From positions 1,116,001 through 1,180,000 of the forward strand of contig BQFW01000015.1 of NCBI GenBank assembly GCA_020891255.1: 64,000 nt of DNA, given 5' to 3'. The translations under genes were made by a program, and so were the position numbers. The notes under the pieces are model-generated. The model saw nothing but the letters and a program-made list of their open reading frames with translations, searched no databases and was not told where the DNA came from. Of this stretch, positions 1 to 10,875 are shown piece by piece. The DNA is from Entomortierella parvispora E1425. Taxonomy: Eukaryota > Fungi > Mortierellomycota. The stretch's first letter is position 1. Each line of letters starts with the position of its first letter.

Positions 1-1245
1 ACGAGAAGCTGCGTGATAACGACGGCGATAGGGATGCTGCAAAAGACGGGTCTTTCACGTTCATCACTCACCTACTCTGCAGTTCACCCGCCAAAGTGCA
101 GTCGGTTGGCGTGAACGTTGATAATGGAGGACTGGAAGGGGCAGACTAGAGGGGTCGGGCTGTACTCCTGTTTCTGGGGTGGTTTTGACACGGGGGAAAG
201 ACTGCGTGATAAAGAAGTTGGGAGAAAGCGAGAGGATCGGGGTGGAAGTGAAAGGGATTATCCCGAAGAAGAGATAAAAGAAGGAATACGAAAAAACGCG
301 GTCAGAAACGTGGAATGGATGAGGACAACCGCAAAAAGGGAACGTTGAACTGGAAGGAAGGGTGCCTGTGGCTCAAGGCATGGCAAGATGGTGAACATCC
401 TCATGGCCTTCAACCGTTGCCTGGAAAGAGCTATATCCTGCTCGTTCAAGGAGATAACCAGACCACACACGGGGTAGTCTTGCGAAATGAGTGATGTAGA
501 GATCATGAGTGGCCTTCAGGACTCTGGACAGAGACGTGGTAAGTTCATGTCGATGCATTGTCAACAGCACCGTCGTCCTGATCAATGTAGAGTCTGATCG
601 CTAGACTGGGACTTCGTCCCAGTAGCTATCTCCGCCTCTGCTCAGGCGGCAATTGAAGCTCATGTGCGTTGGTTATGAGAAAATAGGAGATGGCTAGTCG
701 TTGCACGGAGGCGGGGTACATACATATGAAGGGAGCAGGCTAGGAGGAGAACCACAGCGACCTTGGCTTTCTTCGGCAGTGCGCTTTGACATCTAGGCAA
801 GGGCGGCACAAATGGGGGCTCTGGAGTGACAATCTATCGAGCGGTCAATGGAGGAGGAGGGGATCCTGGCAGTAGGCAAGATGGCGGTTGCTAACGATCA
901 CCGTCGGTTGGTCCGCGCCCCGCGAGGACATGCAGCTGTGTGTCTTCACTGCGGTTAGGATGTGTGTGTGGCAAGGAAAGACATGCTTGTTTGTTGCTGA
1001 CCCTCACATCCACACCCACGCCAGCTTCCACACTGCACTGCAATTCTTGCGGGTCTCTGCCCCCTTTCACGTCCCGCACGCGCCCGCTGAATCCCGTGAC
1101 CAAGACCCATCTCATTCCCGAGACGCGCGATCAGCATGGCTTCTTTCATTCTTCATTACTTACATTCACCTAACCCTCAATCCAACGCATACACCCCTGC
1201 TAACGTTTCCTTCCGCCACTTTCAGTTGTTTACCCCTGTTTAATA

Positions 1246-2535
1246 ATGTCGACTGCTGCCACCGTGCCTCGCATGCGCCTGCTTCAGCAGTCCATGCGCA
1301 ACACAATGCTACGCTCCGCAACCGCCAGGGTACCAGTGCGCCACCACCACCGCCTCAGGGAAGCTGTCGTCGTTGCAGCGGCCGTTCCACAAACAGCCGT
1401 AGGTGGCTTTGCTCTTGACCAGACAATTATCCGTGCTGAACAGCAGAAGAACATAGCGTTAATTGTTTTTTTCCTCCATTCTTTCTTCTTTTTCTGGCGC
1501 CTGTTGTAGAGTCGTTGGCGCCCTTGGCTTATGGCCTCGGTAGCCACGGTGGGTGCACTCTCCTGGCAACTCGGACATTCGCTGGTCGAGGCTGAAGCGT
1601 CTGCTCAGCCCAACAGCATCATTGGTATGTCACTTTTCTTTCAGAAAATGAACCTGCCGATCCAAGAACTTTGTGATCGCCTAGAAATTTCATCATTCCC
1701 TTGACACTTTGTGATTACCCTCGAAGAACATTATTTTTCTTTAATCTGCCAGAAACCCAGGGTTGTGTACTTTGGTGTGACCTCATTGAACGACCCATTA
1801 ACTCTAGGTTCTCTCTGGTAATGTAGACGAGGACTCCAAGGCCGTTTTCCCATTAACCATCAAGTCTGAAGATGGATCTCCAGCAAGACTTTTGGGATTG
1901 GGTGTTCGCAAAATCACGTTTTTGAAGGTCCAGGTTTATGTTGTGGGTCTCTATGCCAAAGCCTCGGACCTGGATGACCATAACTCACGCTTCCGGGCCT
2001 TGCCCGAGGTTCAAAAGTTCCAAAGGAAGGACATGGAGAGCTCGGACACTGCATTCAAGGCTATTGTGCAGACACCCATTGAGTTGATTTTGAGAATTGC
2101 TCCCGTCAAGAACACAAATGGACCTCATCTGAGAGATGGATTCACCCGCAACCTGACCCAGGCCGCAAAGCAGCAAAACCTGAGCGAGCCCGAAAACGAG
2201 GAGGCAATGGAGGGTATCATGCAGTTTAAAAACTTGTTCCCCAAGGGCAAAATCAATGTTGGACAAGCTCTTCTCTTCCGCAAGTCCCCTGACGGCTCCA
2301 TGACAATTCAATTGGATGTAAAGTCAATAGTCATCAAAACCCTGCTTTTTTTTGGATTGCGTTGAACTTTTCTAATTTTTTTTTAATTGTCATTTAGGAG
2401 GAGGAGCTCGGCACTATCCGCAATACCTGGTTGATCGAGACTTTCTTCTTGGGATACTTGCACGGCGAGAAGCCCATCAGTGAAAAGGCTCGCGAGAGCA
2501 TCGCCAAGGGCATCCAGGACCTGTTGCTCGACTAG
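1246..2535 (+). CDS. AIM18: Mitochondrial chalcone-isomerase-fold protein, Aim18/Aim46 family (4 exons, approx. 1246-1398, 1510-1624, 1827-2317, 2398-2535)
   Basis: Arg-rich, acid-free N-terminus resembling a mitochondrial presequence. Family motifs LLGLGVRKITFLKVQVYVVGLY, LRIAPVKNTNGPHLRDGFTR and FFLGYLHGEKPISEKARESIA. GT..AG introns join the fragments in frame; boundaries of the first two introns are approximate. Confidence 0.85.
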
Positions 2536-2679
2536 AAAGTTTATGTTACGCGGCACCATTTCAACTTCTTTCCCATTCTTTTGCGACCCCAATGTAGATA
2601 ATACTTCTTTGATGACGAATATAAAATACACCGGGTGGACCGTATTATCCTTCTATTTGCGTTTTATTTCTCTAAATTT

Positions 2680-5502
2680 CTAAGATCCATCCAGATACAT
2701 TCTTCCGCGTCGTTGCAGATTTCCTGCGCTATCGCTGCTTTTTGTCATTTTGAGCATCAGACGATGCAGTGAAGACCACGACGCCGCCTTGTGAGAGCTC
2801 TGTTTTTGTCCCTGTCGCTGCTCCTGATGCTGGTCCACAGATGGGTTTGAAGGTGGACTCGTGACATCCGAAGACGTGGAAGTCACTGGACTGTTGGCTG
2901 ACGAAACGAGCCCGGTTTGTTTCTTCCCGCCACTGGATTTTTTAAACGACTGAGCTGAAATGGAAAAGGACAAGTGACTCTTGTTGAAGACTTTGTAGCG
3001 CAACAGTGGGTTTGAAGATGTTGTAGGCGTGGAAGGTGATTTGTTTCTGGGATCCTGAGAAAGATTAGTGATAGGTGGGAGTGGCGAGATGGGGGCGGAT
3101 TTCTGGATCTTGGAAGAACCAGAGTGGATATTACTGTTACCACTGGTGTTGCTGTCGCTGTTGTTGTTGTGGTGATGGTGGAGGTTGTGGTTGTTGTGGT
3201 GATGGTGGTGGTTGTGGTGGTGGTGGTGGTTGTGGTGGTTGTCGTTATTGTTATTGTTGTTGCTGCCGGCGGAATCAGTGATGGTTTGGATGTCCATTTG
3301 AGTAGCCATAGTTCTTTCTACATCCCTGATCTCTCTCACCACCTCTTCCTGCCAGATGACCTCTATCGTTCCTGCAGGGAGAACCTTTCTCGGCGCCCGT
3401 TGTCTCCTGACGTCCGTTGTTTGGTCCTTAAAGGGCGCAGAGAATGGTGTAGAAGATACGGAAGCCTGTGGGTCACTGGTAGTCATAGCGACCGACGACT
3501 TTCGGGTAGCCTCCTCAATTGCAGCATGGAATCTCTGGGACGTAAAGTGAAATTTAAACGGCTGCTCCTGCAATGGACGCTGTGGCTCTCTTTGTTGCTG
3601 CTGTCGTGATTGAGGTTGAGGTTGTTGCTGGGCCTGCAGTCGATCGCTCGAGTCCATGAACGAACTTTTGACCACCGATGAGCGCCGCTCGTCCGATTTG
3701 AATTTGGAGACTGGGGGACCCGCTTCCGTAAAGTCTGCCTGAAGTGCAAGCGGACGAGGAAGGGGAGGAGAGAGAACGGAGGAGGGCGAGGGAGAGTCAG
3801 GTGGAGGGGGATTCCAGCTCTTGATGCGGAACGTGGGAGATCGATAAGTGGGATCCAGGATCTCTTGGGGAATCGCAAAGACACCAGAGCCATTGGACGA
3901 TGGGGGTGGGGGTGCTGTATTTGCACGACCCAATGGGGGAGTGTTGTTGTTGCTGTCACGAAGACAACCAGGATGGGAAGGACGTGGAGTCACTACTGCT
4001 GTTGTTGTTGTGGTCAAAGGACACGAGGTCGAGAACACAGACGATGAGTCGCCGCTGCCGCTCAGAGTTCTTGCCCTGAGTGTTGAAGACGAATGGCGAC
4101 GGTCTGTCAGAGGGTGGCAGGAGGAAGGCAAAAAGGGGGAGGAGGAAGAAGAGACAGATGTTGTTGATGCAAAAGGCGAGCCAGAAGCCGAAGATCCAGT
4201 GGTCCCGTAAGGGGTCGTCAGGGGCAAGGCAGGAGACCACCCGCTGGACGAGATCGGCGAGAAAGAAGATGAAGATGCAGAATTTTGGCGACTTCGGCTC
4301 TTGGTCCTGGCCTCGATCTCGATATCGTGAATTCCCCACGGTCGATCGATCGGGTCCATCCGGGCGAGGGGAGGCTGGTCCTGGTGATCTGGAGAAGAGC
4401 GGTAAAGAGGGTGGTGTGGGTGCTGGTGCAAGTCCTGTCGGGGTTCCAAAGATTGCGATGCGGTCCTGGCCATGGCTGCGACGGTCGAGATGGCCATGAA
4501 TTGCTTGATTGTTTCTTGTTCAGGGGTCGTGGCAGGTGTCAAGGGCGGTCTCCAGACCGAGTCCAGCCATTTTTTGACCCGGGCCTCTGCCACATGATGA
4601 CGAAGAGAACCTTGTTCGTGCCATGCGCGACCGCCGACTCCAGCGATAGCTGCCCCTCCAAGTTCATCTCTATTCTCACCCCCATTGGGTTTATTCCTGG
4701 ACCGATCTTGTCGTTCCTGACGATCCAGGAACCACTCACCACACACATAGCATGGAGATCTGCCTTCGTGGTCTTCGTATCCGTCCGGTCCACAAGAACA
4801 TCCCTTGAGTAGATCACAACCACAGGGTTCTTTCTGTAACGATTGGAGAATCTCGATCAGGAACGACATGGCTCTGGCGCGGGTTGAGAACTGGACTGGG
4901 TAGTAGCCCCCTCCAGGCAAAGAAGAAGTGGAGTTTTGAGCACTCGATGGTGGACAGCCATTACGTCTTTGTGGCTGTTGCTGTTGTTGAGAGTACAAAC
5001 GGGTTGGTGCTGGGGAAGCTGGTCGAGAAGATAAAGAGGAGGTGGGTGGGAAATTAAAAGGTGCCGCCGTAATAGTGGGCGAAGACGATGGAGAGGAAGA
5101 GCGGGAAGATGAAGACGAAGAGGAGCAAGGGGGGGTCGAGCGACGTTGGTATTCTCGGGTCAAGTCCATCATGAATCGCTCTCGGAAGGCGGACGGATTG
5201 GCCACTTTGGAGGTCGCACAAGAGGATGCAGCGGCAGTGGCTTGACGCTGCGGCGTGCATGACGGTGATGATGATGAAGAGGGAGTAGTGGAGGAGAACG
5301 TTATGGGTGTGGGCGTGGATGAACGTGAAGGATTAGAGGACGAAGGAGACGAGTTTGATGAGAGAGGGTAGGAGATAGCGGCGAGGAGGGGTGCCGACGC
5401 TGTCATGGTTTCGAGGATCTTTGGTAATTGATCGAGAGCGTACGATAGGTCCTGACGGTTGCGCCAGGTGGGCAGGTGGGCAAAGTAAGGATTCCTTGAC
5501 AT
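2680..5502 (-). CDS. Hypothetical Ser/Pro/Gln-rich protein (about 940 aa) with a small Cys cluster and a His/Asn tract
   Basis: Uninterrupted 956-codon ORF; best start is the ATG at 5502 (MSRNPYFAHLPTW). No recognisable family domain. Confidence 0.75.
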   Translation of the reverse strand: MSRNPYFAHLPTWRNRQDLSYALDQLPKILETMTASAPLLAAISYPLSSNSSPSSSNPSRSSTPTPITFSSTTPSSSSSPSCTPQRQATAAASSCATSKVANPSAFRERFMMDLTREYQRRSTPPCSSSSSSSRSSSPSSSPTITAAPFNFPPTSSLSSRPASPAPTRLYSQQQQQPQRRNGCPPSSAQNSTSSLPGGGYYPVQFSTRARAMSFLIEILQSLQKEPCGCDLLKGCSCGPDGYEDHEGRSPCYVCGEWFLDRQERQDRSRNKPNGGENRDELGGAAIAGVGGRAWHEQGSLRHHVAEARVKKWLDSVWRPPLTPATTPEQETIKQFMAISTVAAMARTASQSLEPRQDLHQHPHHPLYRSSPDHQDQPPLARMDPIDRPWGIHDIEIEARTKSRSRQNSASSSSFSPISSSGWSPALPLTTPYGTTGSSASGSPFASTTSVSSSSSPFLPSSCHPLTDRRHSSSTLRARTLSGSGDSSSVFSTSCPLTTTTTAVVTPRPSHPGCLRDSNNNTPPLGRANTAPPPPSSNGSGVFAIPQEILDPTYRSPTFRIKSWNPPPPDSPSPSSVLSPPLPRPLALQADFTEAGPPVSKFKSDERRSSVVKSSFMDSSDRLQAQQQPQPQSRQQQQREPQRPLQEQPFKFHFTSQRFHAAIEEATRKSSVAMTTSDPQASVSSTPFSAPFKDQTTDVRRQRAPRKVLPAGTIEVIWQEEVVREIRDVERTMATQMDIQTITDSAGSNNNNNNDNHHNHHHHHNHHHHHNNHNLHHHHNNNSDSNTSGNSNIHSGSSKIQKSAPISPLPPITNLSQDPRNKSPSTPTTSSNPLLRYKVFNKSHLSFSISAQSFKKSSGGKKQTGLVSSANSPVTSTSSDVTSPPSNPSVDQHQEQRQGQKQSSHKAASWSSLHRLMLKMTKSSDSAGNLQRRGRMYLDGS

Positions 5503-7090
5503 GGTCGATGTATGTATCTTTGTCCTGTGCTGGGTGGCGAGGAAGAGCAAACAAGAGCAAGCACAGAGAAGAAGTGTGCGAGAAAAATATAAATGATTAG
5601 GGTGGGCAATATGTAGAGAAGATTAGAAGATTAGATGTTAAAGAAGGGCAAAAGAGAGATGAGTTCTGTCCATGGGCCAAGTTGTTTGCGAGCAAGCAAG
5701 GAATAAAAGAAGAGAGATGAGAAAAAAAAAGCGATAAGGGGTGACGCCATGGAAACAAGTCCAGGTTACCCTCGATGCCTTTTTTCCCAGTCCCACATCC
5801 TGACCCCCCCAACGTACGAGGGGTACAGTGGGTGGGCAACAACGGGGGGATGTGCGACCCAGAGGCAGGAGGAGGACAGAAACATAGGGTAGATCGGAAT
5901 GTGTCGTTGTTGGTGGTAGTGTTGATGAGAGAGCCATTCAAAAAAGCGGCTCCCAACCCTTGTTTTGTTGTTGTCAAGGTTGTTCTCTTTCGCCCGTATT
6001 CGGCAGTATGCATTAAGAGAAGCAATTGAACCAAGAAAGAGGGGACAGATGTGGATAAGGCCCAATAATCAAGTGTGCGTCCAAAAGGGAAAACTGTGGA
6101 AAATCAGGGTTGCGGAATCGGTGATGGATACACAAAGAAATGCGGTGGTTGCAAAATGGCTGCAGGCGTGCATAGTCCACCAACCAGATGGAGCATCACT
6201 CAATTTCCCAAGCAAGAATGCAAGATGCCAATACCAAGAGGTGGCGAGAAATTATAAAGTGGAGGCATGCAAATCTCTCTTTTTTTCAGATTGGGGGGGA
6301 ACTGGTCCATTGATGTGGTCGGATTGGTACGATGATGAGGCCTGCGGGGTCATTTCTCATCAAATCACGTTGTGCACCCGTCTTACCAAGCAACCAGGGT
6401 ACACTGAGGAGACTGAAACGCTCCAGGGTGGGGCAAAATATAAGCGCAGAGGATATGGGTGTGGTGGTTGGTGATGGTGATCTAGACGCGACTTGGTTAG
6501 CAGACAGGAAGGAGAGCAAATGTCGACTGGTCACTAGGGGGGCTGATGTTCGGGATAAGGGTAGCAGATGTACGGGAGGGGGGTAGGAGGGTACCAGTGC
6601 AATGAACCCAACAGGCAAAAAGGGGGGAGACAGCAAGCAAGAAGGGGCTCACGTCCTATCAGGCTCGCCAGGCGGGGGGCACGCGCAGGCTCAGGAGCCC
6701 AAGGACGATCCTGTCCTGACCTGTCGGCGTGAACCCAGATCTCAATGTCTCTCGTAATATAGCCCAGGCTTGCCAACAGATCGCCCGCTAGCCTTGGGAT
6801 GATTTCGAACAAAATATATCATTTTCTACCCGGCCCTTTTCTTCACTCGCGACTGCAAATCCCTCTCGGGCCATGTCCTGAGCAATTGGCTAGCACACGA
6901 TCATGTGCACGCGATCAATTGGGAAGGGTAGACGCGAAAGGAAAACGAGCACAGCCCGCAGAACCAGTTGCCTTACAGTACTACACACGCTTCACACAGG
7001 TTTTTTTTTTTTTTTTTTATTGTTTGATGCATTCACAAAATAGCAAACTACACACACTTTTTGAGCAAAATGAGATATAGAAATGCAGAT

Positions 7091-8567
7091 TTAGTTCATC
7101 TGGCGAATCAAGTTGTTGATCTTCAACTCGCGGTCACCAGAGTCACCGCCCTCGATGAAGTGCAAGGCCTTCTTGGCGGAGTAACCACCGGTGGCGTTGG
7201 ACAACTTGAAGGGCCACAAGAAGTTGGAGGCCTGCTTGAAGTTGGGGCCAACGGTGTAGATCTCGTGGATGAGATCCTCCATGCAGACAATGCCGAACTT
7301 GCCGAGAGCCTTCTCGATGATCGAGTTGTCGGTCAAGGGGATGCGCTGCTTGTTGACCTTACCGTATCCGCGCTTGTAGATGAGCTCGCGAACGGACTTC
7401 AGGTTGGGCTCACCGTAGGCGACGTAGGGGTTGATGAGCTGGAGCATCTGGGTGGTGGCCTTGGTCAAACGGACGAAGACACCGTTGTTGATCTGGAGAA
7501 GACGCAACAACTGCATGACCTTGCGGGGCTTGGGGGCGATGTGGTTGATACCCTTGATACGGATAACGAAGGCAAGCTTGGGCTGGGCGGGAACGTAGAA
7601 GTTACCGGCGGCCTTGGCCTGGCGACGGAGACGGATCTCATCACGCTCCTTGGCGCGGTACTCGCGGACGTACTGGTCAGCACGCTTGAAGATAACCTTG
7701 CGGTTGGCCTTGCGAGCCTGATCATTGACAAAAGAAGGCACAAAGGTGAGTTCCTTGTTTCACTGCAAATGCCATATCTTTGGTATAAACAGACAGGAAC
7801 AGAACAGCAGCAGGGTTGAGCTCGAAAGACATTGAATCAGTCCCGAAAGATGGTTGACGTATAGCAACATCGCCAGAAGGCTAGCCACGAAATGCGGTAT
7901 AGCTTTTCATCATAATGCCCTTTTTCGAGAGTACCCCGCCTGCCGTTCGTTCGTTGTTGTTGCCAACATATAACCCGATTTTGCATGTATGATGATTTAC
8001 CTTGCGGGCCTCAGCGACGGCAACGCGCTTCTCAGCGGCAGCCTTGTCCTGGGTCTTTCTCTTCTTCAAGAGAGTCTCGGGAACGAGAACGTGCTCAAGA
8101 GTGGGGGTGGTGCTGTTGAATTCGATAAAAAGAAAAAAGCCGAGATTAGCAATATGTCGCCAGTGAAGAGTTGTTCCAGATTGAGTCTGATCACACAAAG
8201 TCGCAAATGTGAATTGGCAAAGTGTCGGACAAAACAGGATCGATTGTAATGATGCGTCGATGTCTAGGAGATGAATATGAGTGGCCTTCGTAATATGATC
8301 CTAAAGCTATCGTCTCCATCAAACACCCATGGTCGAAGGTTCGAGCCTGCAATGGTTCAATCATTTGATTTCCAATTCAAAATGAGCAGTGCCATTGACG
8401 TGACTGAATGTCGAGTCCCATAGAGTGAGTTGCTGCTGAGGGTGATTCTGTCGTTCCTTATGAGGTCTCTGTATGGTTGCGTATGCGACTGCCCGATGTC
8501 CTGCGCCGATCAAGTGCGACTCTGTGGTAAATCAGACGCTGTACGCCGCCAATCCTTACGTAGTCAT
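7091..8567 (-). CDS. RPL7: 60S ribosomal protein L7 (uL30), 248 aa; exons 8567-8560, 8112-8001, 7717-7091
   Basis: [47 protein letters not shown] and NFLWPFKLS motifs. Exon lengths 8+112+627 are in frame with canonical GT/AG sites. Confidence 0.98.
7829..7918 (-). ncRNA. Intronic box C/D snoRNA, snR39b/SNORD2-type guide for the LSU rRNA G equivalent to yeast 25S Gm805
   Basis: Box C ATGATGA (7913-7907), box D CTGA (7840-7837), terminal stem GCATT/AATGT. The 13-nt guide ACCATCTTTCGGG is complementary to conserved LSU rRNA CCCGAAAGAUGGU, and the D+5 rule points to the G. Confidence 0.9.
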
Positions 8568-8900
8568 CTTGAGATTTGTGAAAAGGAAGGAGAAAAAAAT
8601 TTCCAGTTTGCCTGCTGGTTTTCAGTGCGGATGCATCGGTGGCTTGGATTCGGATTGATGATATATCTCAGCACGTGATCTAATCTCATTTGTTTGGCCG
8701 ACGTCCACCACAGCAGCCGGCGCTGGGGCCTGGGAATGTGGATTGTGCGCGCAGGGGCCGTGTTAGAGCCAAGGTTTTCTATCCACTTCTACTCTCATTG
8801 TCCATAGGTATACATTCTGCGATCGACTTGCTTTGGCCGGAGACTCGTGAGATCGAGCTCCACAACAACGGCGAAATGGTATTTGAACGAATGTTAGCTG

Positions 8901-8932
8901 CACCAAGTTTACACCAAGTTTACACCAAGTTT
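8901..8932. repeat. 11-bp tandem repeat (CACCAAGTTTA) x3
   Basis: caccaagttta caccaagttta caccaagttt read directly from the sequence. Confidence 0.9.
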
Positions 8933-9157
8933 GTTTCTTCTCGTTCAAATAGGGCCATACCCAGGAACCATCGCCACCTCAAATCGCACAGCTGTTATGT
9001 TTGAAAAATTGTTGTATGTTTGGGGAATCTTTTGGCACGGCACCATATCTATTTTTTTTTCTGCTTTTCTGTCGGATTTTTTTTTGTTTTTTTGCAATTA
9101 GGATCCACGACAGTTGGTGAGGACAGTCGTCGACCCATGACAAGCACAGAGGGTTAT

Positions 9158-10592
<1,435 letters not shown>

Positions 10593-10875
10593 TTACTTCG
10601 TAAGAGAAGAACCCCCTCGGACGGTCCCCAAGACCTCGGCAAAAAGCCGAGGGAGTTTTAATGGTCTCAAACCAATTTTGTGTATCTGGAGATGTGGCGT
10701 CTTCTTGTCACGTGCTCACTCATTCCAGTGGGGCGGCATAAGGGGACCCCCCACCAACTTCATCTTCAATAAAATGCCAATGCCAACGTAACCCAAAGCA
10801 CAAACCGATCAAGCGGCACACGGTCGAACCACAACAAGAAGAAAAAAAACGGAAGGAATCCAAGCCGGATACGAA

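Noticed and set aside
370-700. Short frames with an apparent GT..AG intron (MSDVEIMSGLQDSGQRR|DWDFVPVAIS..)
   Set aside because: Too short, with no recognisable product or convincing start; cannot be supported.
5965-6474. 169-aa plus-strand ORF and an ATGATGA..CTGA pair at about 6331-6407
   Set aside because: The ORF has no family motif or codon bias. The C/D pair lacks a terminal stem and shows only about 8 nt of rRNA complementarity.
7061-7819. 252-aa ORF antisense to RPL7, with similar long antisense ORFs over ARF1, the thioesterase, MFS and BZW genes
   Set aside because: Explained by strong C/G-ending codon bias on the sense strand, which removes antisense stop codons; no protein-like motifs.
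8268-8430. Possible H/ACA snoRNA or tRNA-like GGTTCGA in RPL7 intron 1
   Set aside because: The H box is not positioned between two convincing hairpins, and the T-arm stem does not pair.
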